Origin: a bacterium
GTDB taxonomy: Bacteria > UBA8248
NCBI GenBank assembly: GCA_965261085.1
Contig: OZ253442.1
Span: forward strand, 2,400,001-2,464,000
Length of the DNA: 64,000 nt
Reading direction: 5' to 3'
Shown in pieces: positions 10,055 through 21,600 of the stretch. Position numbers and translations under genes: made by a program. Each line of letters starts with the position of its first letter. Within the stretch, counting starts at the first letter, position 1. The notes below the pieces were generated by a model. That model did not search any database, had not been told where the DNA came from, and saw nothing but the letters and a program-made list of their open reading frames with translations.

Positions 10055-11155
10055 ATGGCATGCATTGATGATCATCTGCTCGCGCCGAATATCTCAATCG
10101 ATGAGTATGCGCGTCAGTCGCAGATTCAGCTTGGAAGGGATCTTTCAGAAAAACGCGCCGTATATTTGGATACCAAATATTGGATATTGCTCCGCGAAGC
10201 AAACCAGAAAGAGGAAATGGAAAAAGCCGCTATGTTGCTCAAATTACTTCGCGCTGGCGTTTCTAGGGATTTACTTTTCTGTCCGATCAGCGAAGCAGTA
10301 TTCATCGAATTGATGAAACAAAGCGATACGTCTTCGCGCCTTGCGACTGCGAAACTAATCGACGAACTCAGTTTGGGTGTCACCTTAATTAGAGAGGAAG
10401 AGAGAATTTTCACTGAGATAGAATATCTCATGCTTTCGTCACTGAAACGAAATAACCTCCAACCTTTGGATGACTTAATTTGGTGTAAGCTTAGCTATGT
10501 GCTCGGCTTTCAACACCCTACGAATCCCATGTTCGATGCTAGCACAGACTTGGCAATACAGAAGGCATTCTTCGACCACATGTGCACCATCCCGTTGCAC
10601 GAAATGGTCAGGCTAATCGGCGGTCACGAATTTCCGGGAACTAATCTTGGCAACATCGCTGCTGCCCTGAATAATGGCAATGACGCCCATTCCGATGAGT
10701 TGCGCAGTTTTAAGCAGGCTTATGATGCAGAAGCGAAAGGTCTAGTTGACCAGTTCGGATGCATGGCAGTCGACGTCATGATGTCGTTGGTCCGCGAACA
10801 AGACTCTGCCATCGCTCCATCTGCGATGGACGAACGGGGAGCATCCGAAAACTGGTGGAAGAACTTGCTATTTTTCGCCCTCGAAAGAAATAGGGCACGG
10901 GATGTGCTGCGGACGATAAATATCCTTGCGAGCCTCCATGCTTCGCTTCGCTGGAACAAGGGCCGGCGTTACCGTAACAACGACCTTTTAGATTTCCACC
11001 ATGCAGCCGCCGCGCTAGCTTATTGTGATGCTTTCTTAACTGAGCGTTCTTTATCTACAATGATAACGGAACGGGCCTTAGACAAAATTTACCAGTGCCA
11101 CGTGGCGTGGACAGAGGACGATGCAATAGCGTACTTATCACGCATCGTGCATTGA
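10055..11155 (+). CDS. Hypothetical protein with PIN-like acidic motifs
   Basis: VYLDTKYW, FIELMK, NDLLDFHH, CDAFLTE; lower GC than the flanks. Confidence 0.6.
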   Translation: MACIDDHLLAPNISIDEYARQSQIQLGRDLSEKRAVYLDTKYWILLREANQKEEMEKAAMLLKLLRAGVSRDLLFCPISEAVFIELMKQSDTSSRLATAKLIDELSLGVTLIREEERIFTEIEYLMLSSLKRNNLQPLDDLIWCKLSYVLGFQHPTNPMFDASTDLAIQKAFFDHMCTIPLHEMVRLIGGHEFPGTNLGNIAAALNNGNDAHSDELRSFKQAYDAEAKGLVDQFGCMAVDVMMSLVREQDSAIAPSAMDERGASENWWKNLLFFALERNRARDVLRTINILASLHASLRWNKGRRYRNNDLLDFHHAAAALAYCDAFLTERSLSTMITERALDKIYQCHVAWTEDDAIAYLSRIVH

Positions 11156-11531
11156 TCAACAGTAAGGGAACAGCAGGCCCCTATTAGGTTTGATTTGCCT
11201 GATCTTTTCCATGTAACCCATTCATGGAGAGATGACGATAAAGAATTCCGTTTTGTCACTTCCGGGCGGTGATGTTCGCGGGGCCGGAGTTTCAGTCCGC
11301 CGCCTTTGGCCGGATGAAGTGAAGGCGCAGATTGTCTCGGAGAGTTATGCGCCCGGCGTGTTGGTACCAGAGGTTACGCGCCGCCAAGGACTTACGCCGT
11401 AGAACCTGTCAACGTGGCACTACCGGAATCGCTCGATTTCGGGAGGTAGTCGACAAGGGCGAAAGTGTCGCGCCAGAAGTTCGATTTATTCCGCCGGAAA
11501 ACCCAAGAACATTGTACAAGTGCAGTGAAGA

Positions 11532-12490
11532 TCATGAGCCGGAAGCATGCCTCCAGTCTTCGCCCAGAATGTGGGTTGCGATACTGTCCGAGATCCGCAC
11601 CGCCGCCTCGTGCACCGAATCCCGCGCGAGATGCGCATAGCGCGCCGTGGTCTCCACCTGGCTGTGGCCCAACAGTTTCCCTATCATGGGGAGAGACTCG
11701 CCGAGCGCCAGGGCCCACGACGCGTAGCTGTGCCTGCAGTCGTGGATTCGCATGTCCTTGATCCCCGCGCGCTCGCAGACGATCTCCCAGGGGTCGTTCA
11801 GGTTGCGCATGGGCCTGCCCTTGACCTTGCCCGGAATGAGGAAGGGATTCTCCGGAACGCGCGGGACGGCCGCCAGGACGCCGGCGGCTTCGGGCGAGAG
11901 CGATATCCTCCGCGGGCCGGTCTTGGTGTCAGGCAACCGGTGCTCTCCCGCCCCGAGGTCCACCTCGTCCCAGCGAAGGTTGAGTATCTCCCCCTTCCGG
12001 CATCCGGTCAGCAGGAGCAGGCGGATAGCCGCCACCGCGTGGACCGAAACCCCCTTGCGGGTCCCGGCCTCGTCGAGCACCCGGCCGAGGCGCCGGAACT
12101 CCTCCCCGGTCAGGAAGCGCTCGCGGGCGCGCTCACGGTACTTGACCACCAGCCGGCACGGGTTGACGGCCTCGGGGATCAGGCCCCGCTCCCCGGCGGC
12201 GTTGTATATCCGCGAGAGCGTGTCCACCACGCGGTTCGCCATGACCGGCGTAGCCCTGAGCTCGTGGTGCAACGCGCTCACATGGGCGTGTCCGACCGCG
12301 AGAGCGGACATTCTACCGAGCGCGGGCAGGATGTGTTTCCGGACGGCCTGTTCGTACATCTCAGCCGTTCTCGGCTTGCACCGCACCGCGACGTGTTCCT
12401 CGAGATACGCCCGGGCGAGTTCCGCCTCGCCCGGTCCCTCGACCGGCGGTTCGGGCACGGGCTCCTCGCCCGCCTTGATCCGCGCGATGA
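11532..12490 (-). CDS. Tyrosine recombinase/integrase, N-terminally truncated
   Basis: TGCRKGE, DTKTG, HDCRH, LGH, TARY: the catalytic residues are present, but the N-terminal arm-binding region is absent. Confidence 0.85.
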
Positions 12491-12619
12491 GGAGCGCCGC
12501 CCGCCTGCGCGCCTCGAGATCGTCTTCTTCTCAAACCTCGCCATATCCCTTCTCCCTCACGCGGAGCCGTTCAGAACGTCCGCCCCGATGCTGCCGCCGA
12601 CCTTCTCGGCGGAGGCCTT

Positions 12620-12699
12620 CTCCGCATCTCGCGCGGGACTCGGTGCGCGAGACCACGGAGCGCATAGCCGTGAGCATCGCGGCCGACATTCTTGGCTAG
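12620..12699 (+). pseudogene. Integrase extreme C-terminal fragment
   Basis: [24 protein letters not shown], matching the other integrase copies. Confidence 0.75.
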
Positions 12700-13167
12700 G
12701 GCCGGTCGCGTCTCAGGCCGGGGATCACCAGTCGAGGACGATGCCGTTCTACCCCGGGAACCCTTCCGCCGGCCTGGCGATTTGCGCCTCCTGAAACTCA
12801 CGGAAGGCATGCACGGCCCCCTCGTCGGCAACGGCTGTTCGGGAGCGCACATGTACGATCTCGGCGAATGCCGAAGGCGGCGCCGATATCCCTGGCCGCC
12901 GACAAGCATTCCCGACGAACGCCACGGTATTCAACCCGAAACATCCGGCGACGGCGGCTAAGGCCACAGACGGCTCGATGGCCGTCAGCGCGGCAACGAA
13001 AGCCGATATCACAATTCACTCTCCTCTCTGCGAACGTTCCCATTGCCGGCGTCCCGTCCGGATTTGGACGCCTCCGAGAGGCCGAGCCGGGCGGGTCCGG
13101 GGCGAATCCGGTAAGGCCCGAGAGGGTTCCCGCGACGTTCCCATCCCATCCACAGGAGGAGACACCC

Positions 13168-15477
13168 ATGACCCATCCTGAACCAACCATCCGTAACATC
13201 CCGCTGAGCCGGCTGGAACTCGCGCCGGAGAACGTCAGAAAGACGCCGGAAGACCCGGCCTCCTTCGCGGAGCTCAAGGCTTCCATCGCGGCCCACGATC
13301 TGCTGGAGAACTTGATCGTCAGGATAGAGGACCCCGTAGAAGATGGGGTTGAGCGCTGCGCCGTGGTCGCCGGCGGACGCCGCCTGGCCGCCATGAAGGC
13401 TCTTGCCGAAGAGGGCGCGCTCGACGCGGACCACCCCGTGCCCTGCCGTGTGATCGGCGCGGCGGAGAACGCCGGGGAACTCTCCCTCGCCGAGAACGTG
13501 GTGCGTGTCGCCATGCATCCCGCCGACCAGGTGGTAGCTTTCACAAAGCTCGCCGAAGCGGGAGTCGCCGTTTCCGCCATAGCGGCCCGCTTCGGCGTGG
13601 CGGAACGCCTGGTCGAACAGCGCCTGAGGCTCGGCGGCGTGGCGCCTGAACTGCTCGACGCCTACCGCGCGCAGGAGATGGACCTCGACACCCTGAAAGC
13701 CTTCACGGTTACGACCGACCACGCCCGCCAGAGGACGGCCTGGGAGCAGGTGAAGGAGCAGGGCTATCGCCCGAGCGGCTGGCAGGTGAGGCGCATGCTG
13801 ACCGAAGAGAGCGTGCCCGCCGTCTCGGCCGTTGCGCGGTTCGTGGGTGAAGAGGCCTATGAGGCGGCGGGCGGTACGCTCACGCGGGACCTGTTCGCCG
13901 GAGAGGACGGGAGCGGGACATGGTACGACGACCCCGCGCTCCTGAACGAGCTCGCGACGGAAAAGCTTCATGTGGCGGCGGACGAACTCAAAAAACGCTG
14001 GAAGTGGGCCGAGGCGGTCCTCGATACCGACTGGAGCGCTATCGCGGGCTTCGGGCGGATATCCCCCGAGCCGGCCGCGCCCACCGAGGAGGAGAAGGCC
14101 GAGCGGGAGAGCCTGCGCGTCCGCCAAGACGAACTCGCAGATCTGGATGACGACGAGTGGACCGAGGAACTCGCCTGCGAGGTCGAAGGGATCGAGTCGC
14201 GCCTCCGTACGATTGATGAGGCCGTGGAAGCGCGGGCCGCGTTCCGCGAGCAGGATTTCGCGATAGCGGGCTGCATCTCCACGGTCGGCCACGACGGCAG
14301 GCTCAAGGTCGTCGAGGGTCTCGTCAGACCCGAAGACATGCCGGAACGGACGGACGCAGGCGGCGAGGACGATGGAACGGACCCGGGCCGCGTGGACGCT
14401 TCGGCGATCACGGAACCCCTCGCGGCTCCCCCCGACCCGCGCGCGAAGGTCCGCGAGGAGACCGGGATCGGTATCGGACTCGCGGACGATTTGCGCGCCG
14501 TCCGCACGACGCTGGTCAAGGCGCACTTGTCCGGGGATTTCGAGGCGGCCTTCGACCTGGCGCTCTTCCAGATCGCACGCGCCGTCTTCAAGGTAGGCTA
14601 CCGGGCCGACGCGCTCGACATCGCCTTCAGGGAGACTGCAGAGCGGCCGCCGACTCGGGCTAGCGACGAGGAGTTCGCCGCCTGGAGTCCGGGCGAGGCC
14701 ATGCTCGCCGATCGTTCGGGACTCTCCCTGGACTGGATGGAACTCGAGGACGAGGGCGAGTCCTTCGCGAAGATGCGGGCGCTTACCCTTGAGGAGAAAC
14801 AGTCCCTGTTCGCGGCCGCAATCGCGCGCACGCTCAAGGGCCAGCTCGCCTTCGAACCCGGCGCCCGGCCCGAACTCGAGGCCACGGTCGCGCGCCTGGA
14901 TATCGATTTTGCGAAACACGTGCGTCCCGCCGCCGCGATGTTCTGGTCGCGCATCAGGAAAGACCGCATCCTCGCCGTCGCGCGCGCGACGCTTGGTCCC
15001 GTCTGGGCCTCGGCGCGCGCGAAGTACAAGAAGGCGGACTTGGCCCGCGCGATGGAGGAAGCCTTCGCCGCCGACCCGCCCGCAGGACTTAAGCCCAAGG
15101 CCCGGGCCGCCGCCCTCGCCTGGACGCCGCCCGGATTCGCGCCCTTCGACTCAGGATCCATGGAAGAGGCCGGAGGGGACGAGGGCATCCCGCCGGACGG
15201 TGAACCCGGACCGACCACGGCCACGGATGCCGTCGATGACGAGGCGTCCGATACTGTCAGTGGCGACGCTGCCACCGACGTGAAATCCGGTCCCTCCGCA
15301 GAAGATACCGCGGGAGGCGACGCTCAGGCTCCAACAGAACTCGCTCGCGCGGTCGATGCCCTGAACGCGGTCCCCACCGCTGACGGGAGTCCGAGGGTGA
15401 TCGTGCATGGGATCGATCTCGCAAACGGCCAGGGCGGCGAGGGAATCGACCTCCCCGAATTCCTGCGCGGCGACTGA
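13168..15477 (+). CDS. ParB/RepB/Spo0J-family partition protein (long plasmid/ICE type)
   Basis: IPLSRL...ENVRK, LLENLIV, VVAGGRRL, LSLAENVVR..MHPADQ, HTH; AGGAGGA RBS. Confidence 0.9.
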   Translation: MTHPEPTIRNIPLSRLELAPENVRKTPEDPASFAELKASIAAHDLLENLIVRIEDPVEDGVERCAVVAGGRRLAAMKALAEEGALDADHPVPCRVIGAAENAGELSLAENVVRVAMHPADQVVAFTKLAEAGVAVSAIAARFGVAERLVEQRLRLGGVAPELLDAYRAQEMDLDTLKAFTVTTDHARQRTAWEQVKEQGYRPSGWQVRRMLTEESVPAVSAVARFVGEEAYEAAGGTLTRDLFAGEDGSGTWYDDPALLNELATEKLHVAADELKKRWKWAEAVLDTDWSAIAGFGRISPEPAAPTEEEKAERESLRVRQDELADLDDDEWTEELACEVEGIESRLRTIDEAVEARAAFREQDFAIAGCISTVGHDGRLKVVEGLVRPEDMPERTDAGGEDDGTDPGRVDASAITEPLAAPPDPRAKVREETGIGIGLADDLRAVRTTLVKAHLSGDFEAAFDLALFQIARAVFKVGYRADALDIAFRETAERPPTRASDEEFAAWSPGEAMLADRSGLSLDWMELEDEGESFAKMRALTLEEKQSLFAAAIARTLKGQLAFEPGARPELEATVARLDIDFAKHVRPAAAMFWSRIRKDRILAVARATLGPVWASARAKYKKADLARAMEEAFAADPPAGLKPKARAAALAWTPPGFAPFDSGSMEEAGGDEGIPPDGEPGPTTATDAVDDEASDTVSGDAATDVKSGPSAEDTAGGDAQAPTELARAVDALNAVPTADGSPRVIVHGIDLANGQGGEGIDLPEFLRGD

Positions 15478-15497
15478 CCTGCAAACACCTCGGACAC

Positions 15498-15536
15498 GGC
15501 GCCTCGCAGGCGACAGCCTGCGGGGCGCTTTTTCGT
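15498..15536 (+). terminator. Putative rho-independent terminator
   Basis: GC stem (GCGCCTCGCAGG / CCTGCGGGGCGC) followed by a T-tract. Confidence 0.5.
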
Positions 15537-15561
15537 TTTCACGCCAAAGGGAGTCCAAGAC

Positions 15562-17286
15562 ATGAACCACACAACAAATGTTTCGCCGCACCCTGAGCGG
15601 ATCCGCGCCCGGGTCTTCGAGGGCGCGCTCAGGCGCGTCACGAGGATGTACGCCGCAGGACTCGCCGATGTCTTCAACGAGACGCTCCAGAACAGCCGCA
15701 GGGCCTGCGCCACGCGTGTCCGCGTCACAATCGAGGACACGGAAGGCGCCCTGTCGGTCACCGTAACCGACGACGGGGCCGGGATCGCCGACCCCGCGGT
15801 GCTCCTCTCGTTCGGTGAGAACGGCTGGAGCGAGGACCTCGCGCGCCGCGAGGACGCGGCCGGGATGGGATTTTTGAGCCTTGCGCGCCGTGGCTGCACG
15901 GTTGTTTCCAGACCGCGTTCCGATGGTGGCGAGACGGCCCCGGCTTGGCGCGTCGATCTCACGCCCGCCCACTTCCTGGGAGAGGAAGAGGCGGACATCC
16001 TCTTAGGTGCTAACGCGCCCCGGCCCCACGGGACGGCGGTGCGCTTCCGTACGGAAGAGGCCCGCGAAGCGGTCCGGCGCACGCTCGAGAACGCGGCCCG
16101 GCATTACCCGCTCCCGGTCACGCTGGACGGCGAGGCCGTCCCGCGCAGGGCCTTTCTCGATAGCGCCGCGCACACCGAGTCCTGGCGCGGCCTCAAATTC
16201 GGCGTCTTCACAGGCCGTAGCCGCTACCGCGACGAGCCGGACCTCAACTTCCACGGCCTGATCGTCCCGGTCCGCCTGCCCACGGTCCATCCGGTCGACG
16301 GCCCCGCCTGGTCGGTACGCGCCGATGTCCAGGACTGTCCCGAACTCGAACTCGTGCTGCCGGCGAGAAAGGAGGCGGTCGAGACGCCCTTCCTGGAGGA
16401 GATGCGAGAAGCCGCGCGCACCGCGGTCTACCGGGCGATGGCCAAGACCGATCCCGCGCCGGTCGTCGCATTCGAGGAGTGGAAGCGCGCGCGGGCGGCC
16501 GGGGTCGAACTGCCGGTACCGGCGCCTGTACTCCGCCCCTGGCGACCTCCCGTCGCCGATATCGACAACTGGCTCGCAGGACCGTCGCCGGAACCCCTGC
16601 CCGAAGACGCACTCCTGATGGATTTGTCCCTCGAACCCCCCGAAGCACAGGAGCTCTGGCGCGCCTCAGAGCGCGGCGGCATGGCCGGGAGGCTCTTCGA
16701 GGCCGACCGCAGGTTCGAAGGATATGCCTGGTACGACGCGCTCCCCCGCATCACCGGTGTCGAGACCCGAATCGTGGGCAACGGGGAAACCCGTCCGCTC
16801 GAAGACTACCGGACGCCGCCCGATCGGTCAGGACCGTCCAATGAGCCTCTCCCAAGGCCGGACGCGATCCGCATGAGCCTGGGCGTCGAGTTCCCGGACG
16901 GCACGGGCGAGACACTGGCGCTCGATGCCGACATCGCCTTCGCCGGAGAGGCATGGGCCTGGCTCGCAGACGTCCGGCCGCTGGTCACGGCGGGCAGCGA
17001 CATCGAACCGGCCGAACTCGCCGACGTCCTGCGCGACGCCTTCTTCTCGCCCTCCGACGAGGCGGACGCGGACAGCTGGGAGACCCAGCGAACACGCTTC
17101 GAGGAGGAAGCCACCCACCTGGCTATCGGTCTCTTGTGCTCGGAAGAGGAGGCGCTCAGGCGCACGATCGCAGAGGCCGTGCGCCGCGAACTCTCCTGGC
17201 TCATGCCGCGGGACAGCGAGGTCACCATCACCGTTCGTCGTGGAGAGGTCTACGTCGGGTTCGCCGCCGGGGAGGCCTCGCGATGA
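15562..17286 (+). CDS. GHKL (HATPase_c-like) ATP-binding protein
   Basis: ETLQNSRRA (ExxxN), VTDDGAGI (DxGxG), GMGFLSL, GTAV. Confidence 0.75.
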   Translation: MNHTTNVSPHPERIRARVFEGALRRVTRMYAAGLADVFNETLQNSRRACATRVRVTIEDTEGALSVTVTDDGAGIADPAVLLSFGENGWSEDLARREDAAGMGFLSLARRGCTVVSRPRSDGGETAPAWRVDLTPAHFLGEEEADILLGANAPRPHGTAVRFRTEEAREAVRRTLENAARHYPLPVTLDGEAVPRRAFLDSAAHTESWRGLKFGVFTGRSRYRDEPDLNFHGLIVPVRLPTVHPVDGPAWSVRADVQDCPELELVLPARKEAVETPFLEEMREAARTAVYRAMAKTDPAPVVAFEEWKRARAAGVELPVPAPVLRPWRPPVADIDNWLAGPSPEPLPEDALLMDLSLEPPEAQELWRASERGGMAGRLFEADRRFEGYAWYDALPRITGVETRIVGNGETRPLEDYRTPPDRSGPSNEPLPRPDAIRMSLGVEFPDGTGETLALDADIAFAGEAWAWLADVRPLVTAGSDIEPAELADVLRDAFFSPSDEADADSWETQRTRFEEEATHLAIGLLCSEEEALRRTIAEAVRRELSWLMPRDSEVTITVRRGEVYVGFAAGEASR

Positions 17287-17768
17287 AAAAGTCCTGGACG
17301 GTCCGGTGCGGACATACGGCCCGCTTCGCCAAAACGCTCATCGTGGAAGCGGAGACGATCGAGGAGGCGCTCGAAAAGGCCGTCGAGACCGCCAACGCCG
17401 ATGATGACCGGCGTCCGCCCGGCGGTTGCAGCAGGATTTTCGTGGACGCCGTATGCGAGGGCGTCCACACCGATCCCGGCGATCCGGACGCGGCGTGCCC
17501 GGTTCCCGACCGGTTCACCGAGCGGGGCGAGCCGCCAGTCCTCACCCTGACAGACCCCGGCCGGCCGGGCGGAGGCGCAATCGAGGTTTCCGGGGGCCGG
17601 GTTCTCCTCCGCTTCCAGAACTCTGAGGCCACGATCACGAGTGAGCTTGCCGATCCGCCCCATCCGCCCGGCAACAAGCCGCTCGTGACGATCCGCCGCC
17701 GCGACGACGGCGCGCCCGACGTCACCGTGACCGGGGGCCGGGCGCGGGTGCGGGTTCTCGGCTTCTGA
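17283..17768 (+). CDS. Hypothetical protein
   Basis: ATGA overlap with the upstream stop; RBS; operon context. Confidence 0.55.
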   Translation: MKKSWTVRCGHTARFAKTLIVEAETIEEALEKAVETANADDDRRPPGGCSRIFVDAVCEGVHTDPGDPDAACPVPDRFTERGEPPVLTLTDPGRPGGGAIEVSGGRVLLRFQNSEATITSELADPPHPPGNKPLVTIRRRDDGAPDVTVTGGRARVRVLGF

Positions 17769-17823
17769 ACCCCGCGCAGACTCGTCGTTTCACATCCACC
17801 TCGCATCCAAGGAGAACCCACCG

Positions 17824-18210
17824 ATGGAACTCGTCACACCCGAGCAGCGCGAACAACTTATCGCAAACGGCGCCAAGCGGGGCGCCGACCACGTCCCCGT
17901 CCTCAAGCTGTTCAACCCCTGCGGCGCGGGCACCTGGCTCGTGACCGAACTCGACACCGAGGACACATCCATCGCCTTCGGACTCGCGGACTTAGGCTTC
18001 GGCACACCGGAAATCGGGAGCTTCAGTCTCGAAGAGTTGAATGCCTTCCAGGGGCCGTTCGGCCTCGGTATCGAGCGCGACCTTTATTTCGAGGGGAAGT
18101 TCACCCTCGCCGTCTACGCCGAGGCCGCACGCGCCGCCGGCCGCATCGTCGAATACGGCCCCGAACATGACGCCGCCGCCGGACGCCGGGGCCCGGCCGT
18201 CATCCGCTGA
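17824..18210 (+). CDS. DUF2958 domain protein
   Basis: PVLKLFNPCGAGTWLVTELD...FGLADLGFGTPEIGSFSLEEL...IERDLYF. Confidence 0.85.
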   Translation: MELVTPEQREQLIANGAKRGADHVPVLKLFNPCGAGTWLVTELDTEDTSIAFGLADLGFGTPEIGSFSLEELNAFQGPFGLGIERDLYFEGKFTLAVYAEAARAAGRIVEYGPEHDAAAGRRGPAVIR

Positions 18211-18244
18211 CCGACCCGTTTCCCCATTCATTCTGGAGAGAACC

Positions 18245-18544
18245 ATGCCCGACACCGAATCCCGGACTACGACCACACATCCCATGGACCCCCGGCGCGG
18301 GGAAAACCTCTCGCCGATGTTTCAGGCCTTTCTCTGTTGGCTGCTCGACCTTCCGCCCATGACGGAGCCCGCGATCACGGGCGTCGTAGTCACGGGGGAC
18401 AGCGTCCTCGCCGCCACCGATACAGATCCGTTCTTCAACGCGCACATAGGCAGTCTCACTGATTTCGAACGCAACATTCGAGGGTGGGGCGAGGCATGCG
18501 GCGCCGACCCCGCCACGATCGAGAGCCTCGTCACGAAGTTTTAA
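18245..18544 (+). CDS. Hypothetical protein
   Basis: GGAGAG RBS; co-oriented in the backbone operon. Confidence 0.5.
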   Translation: MPDTESRTTTTHPMDPRRGENLSPMFQAFLCWLLDLPPMTEPAITGVVVTGDSVLAATDTDPFFNAHIGSLTDFERNIRGWGEACGADPATIESLVTKF

Positions 18545-18679
18545 AGCGCCCGACGGGCCTGATCCGCATTCACACCGGGTAGAGGCCGAGTCCGGCCCGG
18601 CCGGGACGAATCGAGAGGCCCCGGGGGAGCGATCCCCGGGACGACCGCCCCCATTCCCACGACAACCGAGGAGACCGCA

Positions 18680-21600
18680 ATGTCGCAAGTCCTGACGGCG
18701 GACGCCCGTCCGCACGCCCCCCGTTCCACCGCGCCCACCAAAGAGGCCGCGCTCTTCGAAGCGGCCAAGGCTCTGCTCCCCGTCCTGGCGGCCGGACGTC
18801 CGCTCGATAAGAACGCGCTCAGGGACGCCATGACGCGCGCATTCGGAGCGAGCGATGCCGAGGGCGCCTGGCTCTGGAAGGACGCCTACGAGGCGGCGGA
18901 AGCGGCGGTCGTTCTGTTCTTAAAGCGCTACGGGCGGGCCATGCGCCGCCGGGCCGGAGCCGGACCAGAAGGCCCCGCCGCCATGCTGGCCATGCTGCAA
19001 AAACTCTCCGCTCTCGAACCATCGCACACGAAACGCTCTGAGACCCAGGTGCGCCTGCAGCAGTTCTCGACCCCGCTCGGCATCGCCTACGCCGCGCTCA
19101 GGGCCGCCGCTATCCGGCCCGGCGACGTCGTTCTGGAGCCGAGCGCTGGCACCGGGATGCTGGCCGTGATGGGCTGGTGCGCTCTCGGGGGCGAGAGCGC
19201 GCTCCACCTGAACGAGATAGCGAGCACCCGCGCCGGCCTTCTCGCCGGGCTCTTCCCCGAGGCGAGCGTCACGCGCCACAACGCGGAGGCCATCGCCGAC
19301 CGCCTCCCGGGGGTCAGGCCGGACATCGTGCTCATGAACCCGCCGTTCTCGGCGACGCCGGGCGTCGCCCGGGTGCGTCATGACGCGGACCTCCGGCACA
19401 TTCGCTCTGCGTTTTGCGCGCTGGCGCCGGGCGGACGCCTGGTCGCCGTCACCTCGGCGGGCTGCGTCCCGGGCGATGCGGCCTGGAACTCTGTCTTCTC
19501 ATCTTTCGATCCGCCCGCGCGCCTCGTCTTCACGATGGCGATCGACGGGCGCGCCTACGCTAGGCGCGGCACTACGTTCGACACGCGCCTCACCGTGATC
19601 GACAAGAGCGACGAGCCCGGGGTCGACCTTGACCCGGGAAGCCGCGCGATGGACGCCGCCGAACTGCTCGACGCGCTTACGGCGAGCGTTCCGCCGCGCA
19701 TGGAGCCCGAGCCCGCCGCCGATCTCTTTGGAAACACGACCGCGCCGCGGCCCGTGAGACCGAAGACGATGCGGAAGACGGACGCGCGGCCGACGTCCAA
19801 GGCAGCCCACGATTGGGGCCCCGTCTCTGAACTCGCATACGAGGCGGCGCCGCCCTACGGAGATGCAGCGGTAGTCGGCCCCTACGCGCCCTGGAAGCCG
19901 AGCGTCGTGAGCGTCGCAGGCGCGGTGGCGCATCCCACGCCGCTCGTCCAGTCGGCCGCCATGGCCGCCGTCGCGCATCCCACTCCCACGCACCGCCCGC
20001 TGCTGCCCGAGCGCATCGTCACCGAGGGCCTCTTGTCGGACGCCCAGATCGAGAGCGTCGTCCTCGCCGGCGAAGCCCACGACCGCCACCTCTCCGCCCG
20101 CTACCGGATCGGCGCCGGCTGGGAGACGGTCCGCCGCTGTACCGAAGAGAACGACGAGGTGGGCGTCGATGCAGCCACTACCGAGGACGGCGAAGTCCTC
20201 TCGGCCCAGGTCCGGTTCCGACGCGGCTGGATGCTGGGCGACGGAACGGGGTGCGGCAAGGGCCGCCAGGTCACGGCCGTCATCCTTGACAACAGGCTCC
20301 GCGGCAGGAGGCGGGCGCTCTGGCTCTCGGCCTCGGCCAACCTTCTGGAAGACGCCCGCCGGGACTGGGCGGCGCTCGGGGGACGCGCTGAGGACGTGAT
20401 CCCTCTTTCAAGTTACCGGCAGGGGGCGGATATATCGCAGGATGCAGGCATCCTGTTCGCGACCTACGCCACGCTGCGCGCGCCGGCCCGAGAGGGCAAG
20501 GCCTCGCGCCTCGACCAGGTGGTCGCCTGGCTCGCCGGTGGCTTGGGCGAGGAAGACCGCCACGGCTATGAGGGCGTGATCGTCTTCGACGAGTCCCACG
20601 CCATGGCGAACGCCGCAGGGTCCAGGGGATCGCGCGGCAAGGTGAAACCCTCCGCCCAGGGACGGGCGGGACTCAGGCTCCAGCACGCGCTCCCGGACGC
20701 ACGGGTCCTCTACGTCTCTGCCACAGGCGCCACCACCGTGACCGGCCTCGCCTACGCGGGACGACTCGGGCTTTGGGGCGCCGGTGAGACGCCCTTCGAG
20801 AGCCGGGGGGATTTCGTGTCGGCGATGGAGGCGGGCGGGGTCGCCGCCATGGAGGTCGTTGCCCGGGACTTGAAGGCCCTGGGCCTCTACCAGGCGCGGG
20901 CATTATCTTATGAGGGGATCGAGGTCGACATCCTGGAACACCCGCTGAGTCCCGAGCAGCGGCGCATCTACGACGCCTACGCAGGCGCCTTCAAGGTCAT
21001 CCACGCCAACCTGCAGGACGCGCTCGAGGCCACCGGGATCATGCAGGGCGAGGAAACGCTGAACAGGAACGCGAAGTCGGCGGCGCTCTCCGCCTTCGAG
21101 GGCGCCAAGCAGCGGTTCTTCGGTCATCTTCTGTGCGCCATGAAGTGTCCCTCTCTCATCCGCGCCGTCCAAGCCGATCTCGATGCCGGCCGCTCGGCCG
21201 TGATCCAGCTCGTCTCCACGGGAGAGGCCCTGATGGAGCGGAGGATTGCGGAGATCCCGCCATCCGAATGGGACGACCTGTCGATCGACCTGACGCCCAG
21301 GGAATACGTGCTCGACTTCCTGGCGCACGCCTTCCCGGTCCAGCTGCAGGAGCCCTTCACCGACGATGAGGGGAACCTCATGAGCCGGCCCGCCGTCGAT
21401 GAGGACGGGAACCCCGTGCTATCCCAGGAGGCCCTCGCCAAGCGCGAGGCGCTGATCGGGAAGCTGGCCTCCCTCCCGCCGGTGCCCACGGCGCTGGACC
21501 AGGTCGTGCACCGCTTCGGCCACGACGCCGTGGCCGAGGTCACCGGTCGCTCCCGGAGGGTGCTCCGGATGGAGGACGCGCAGGGCGCGCGGCTCGCGCT

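Noticed and set aside
12868-13167. N-terminal extension of ParB given in the ORF track
   Set aside because: A strong RBS and the ParB domain both begin at ATG 13168.
13009-14919. Long antisense ORFs (also 11547-12794, 21668-23167, 26365-27843, 1836-2945)
   Set aside because: These are shadow frames opposite well-supported genes in GC-rich DNA and carry no recognisable motifs.
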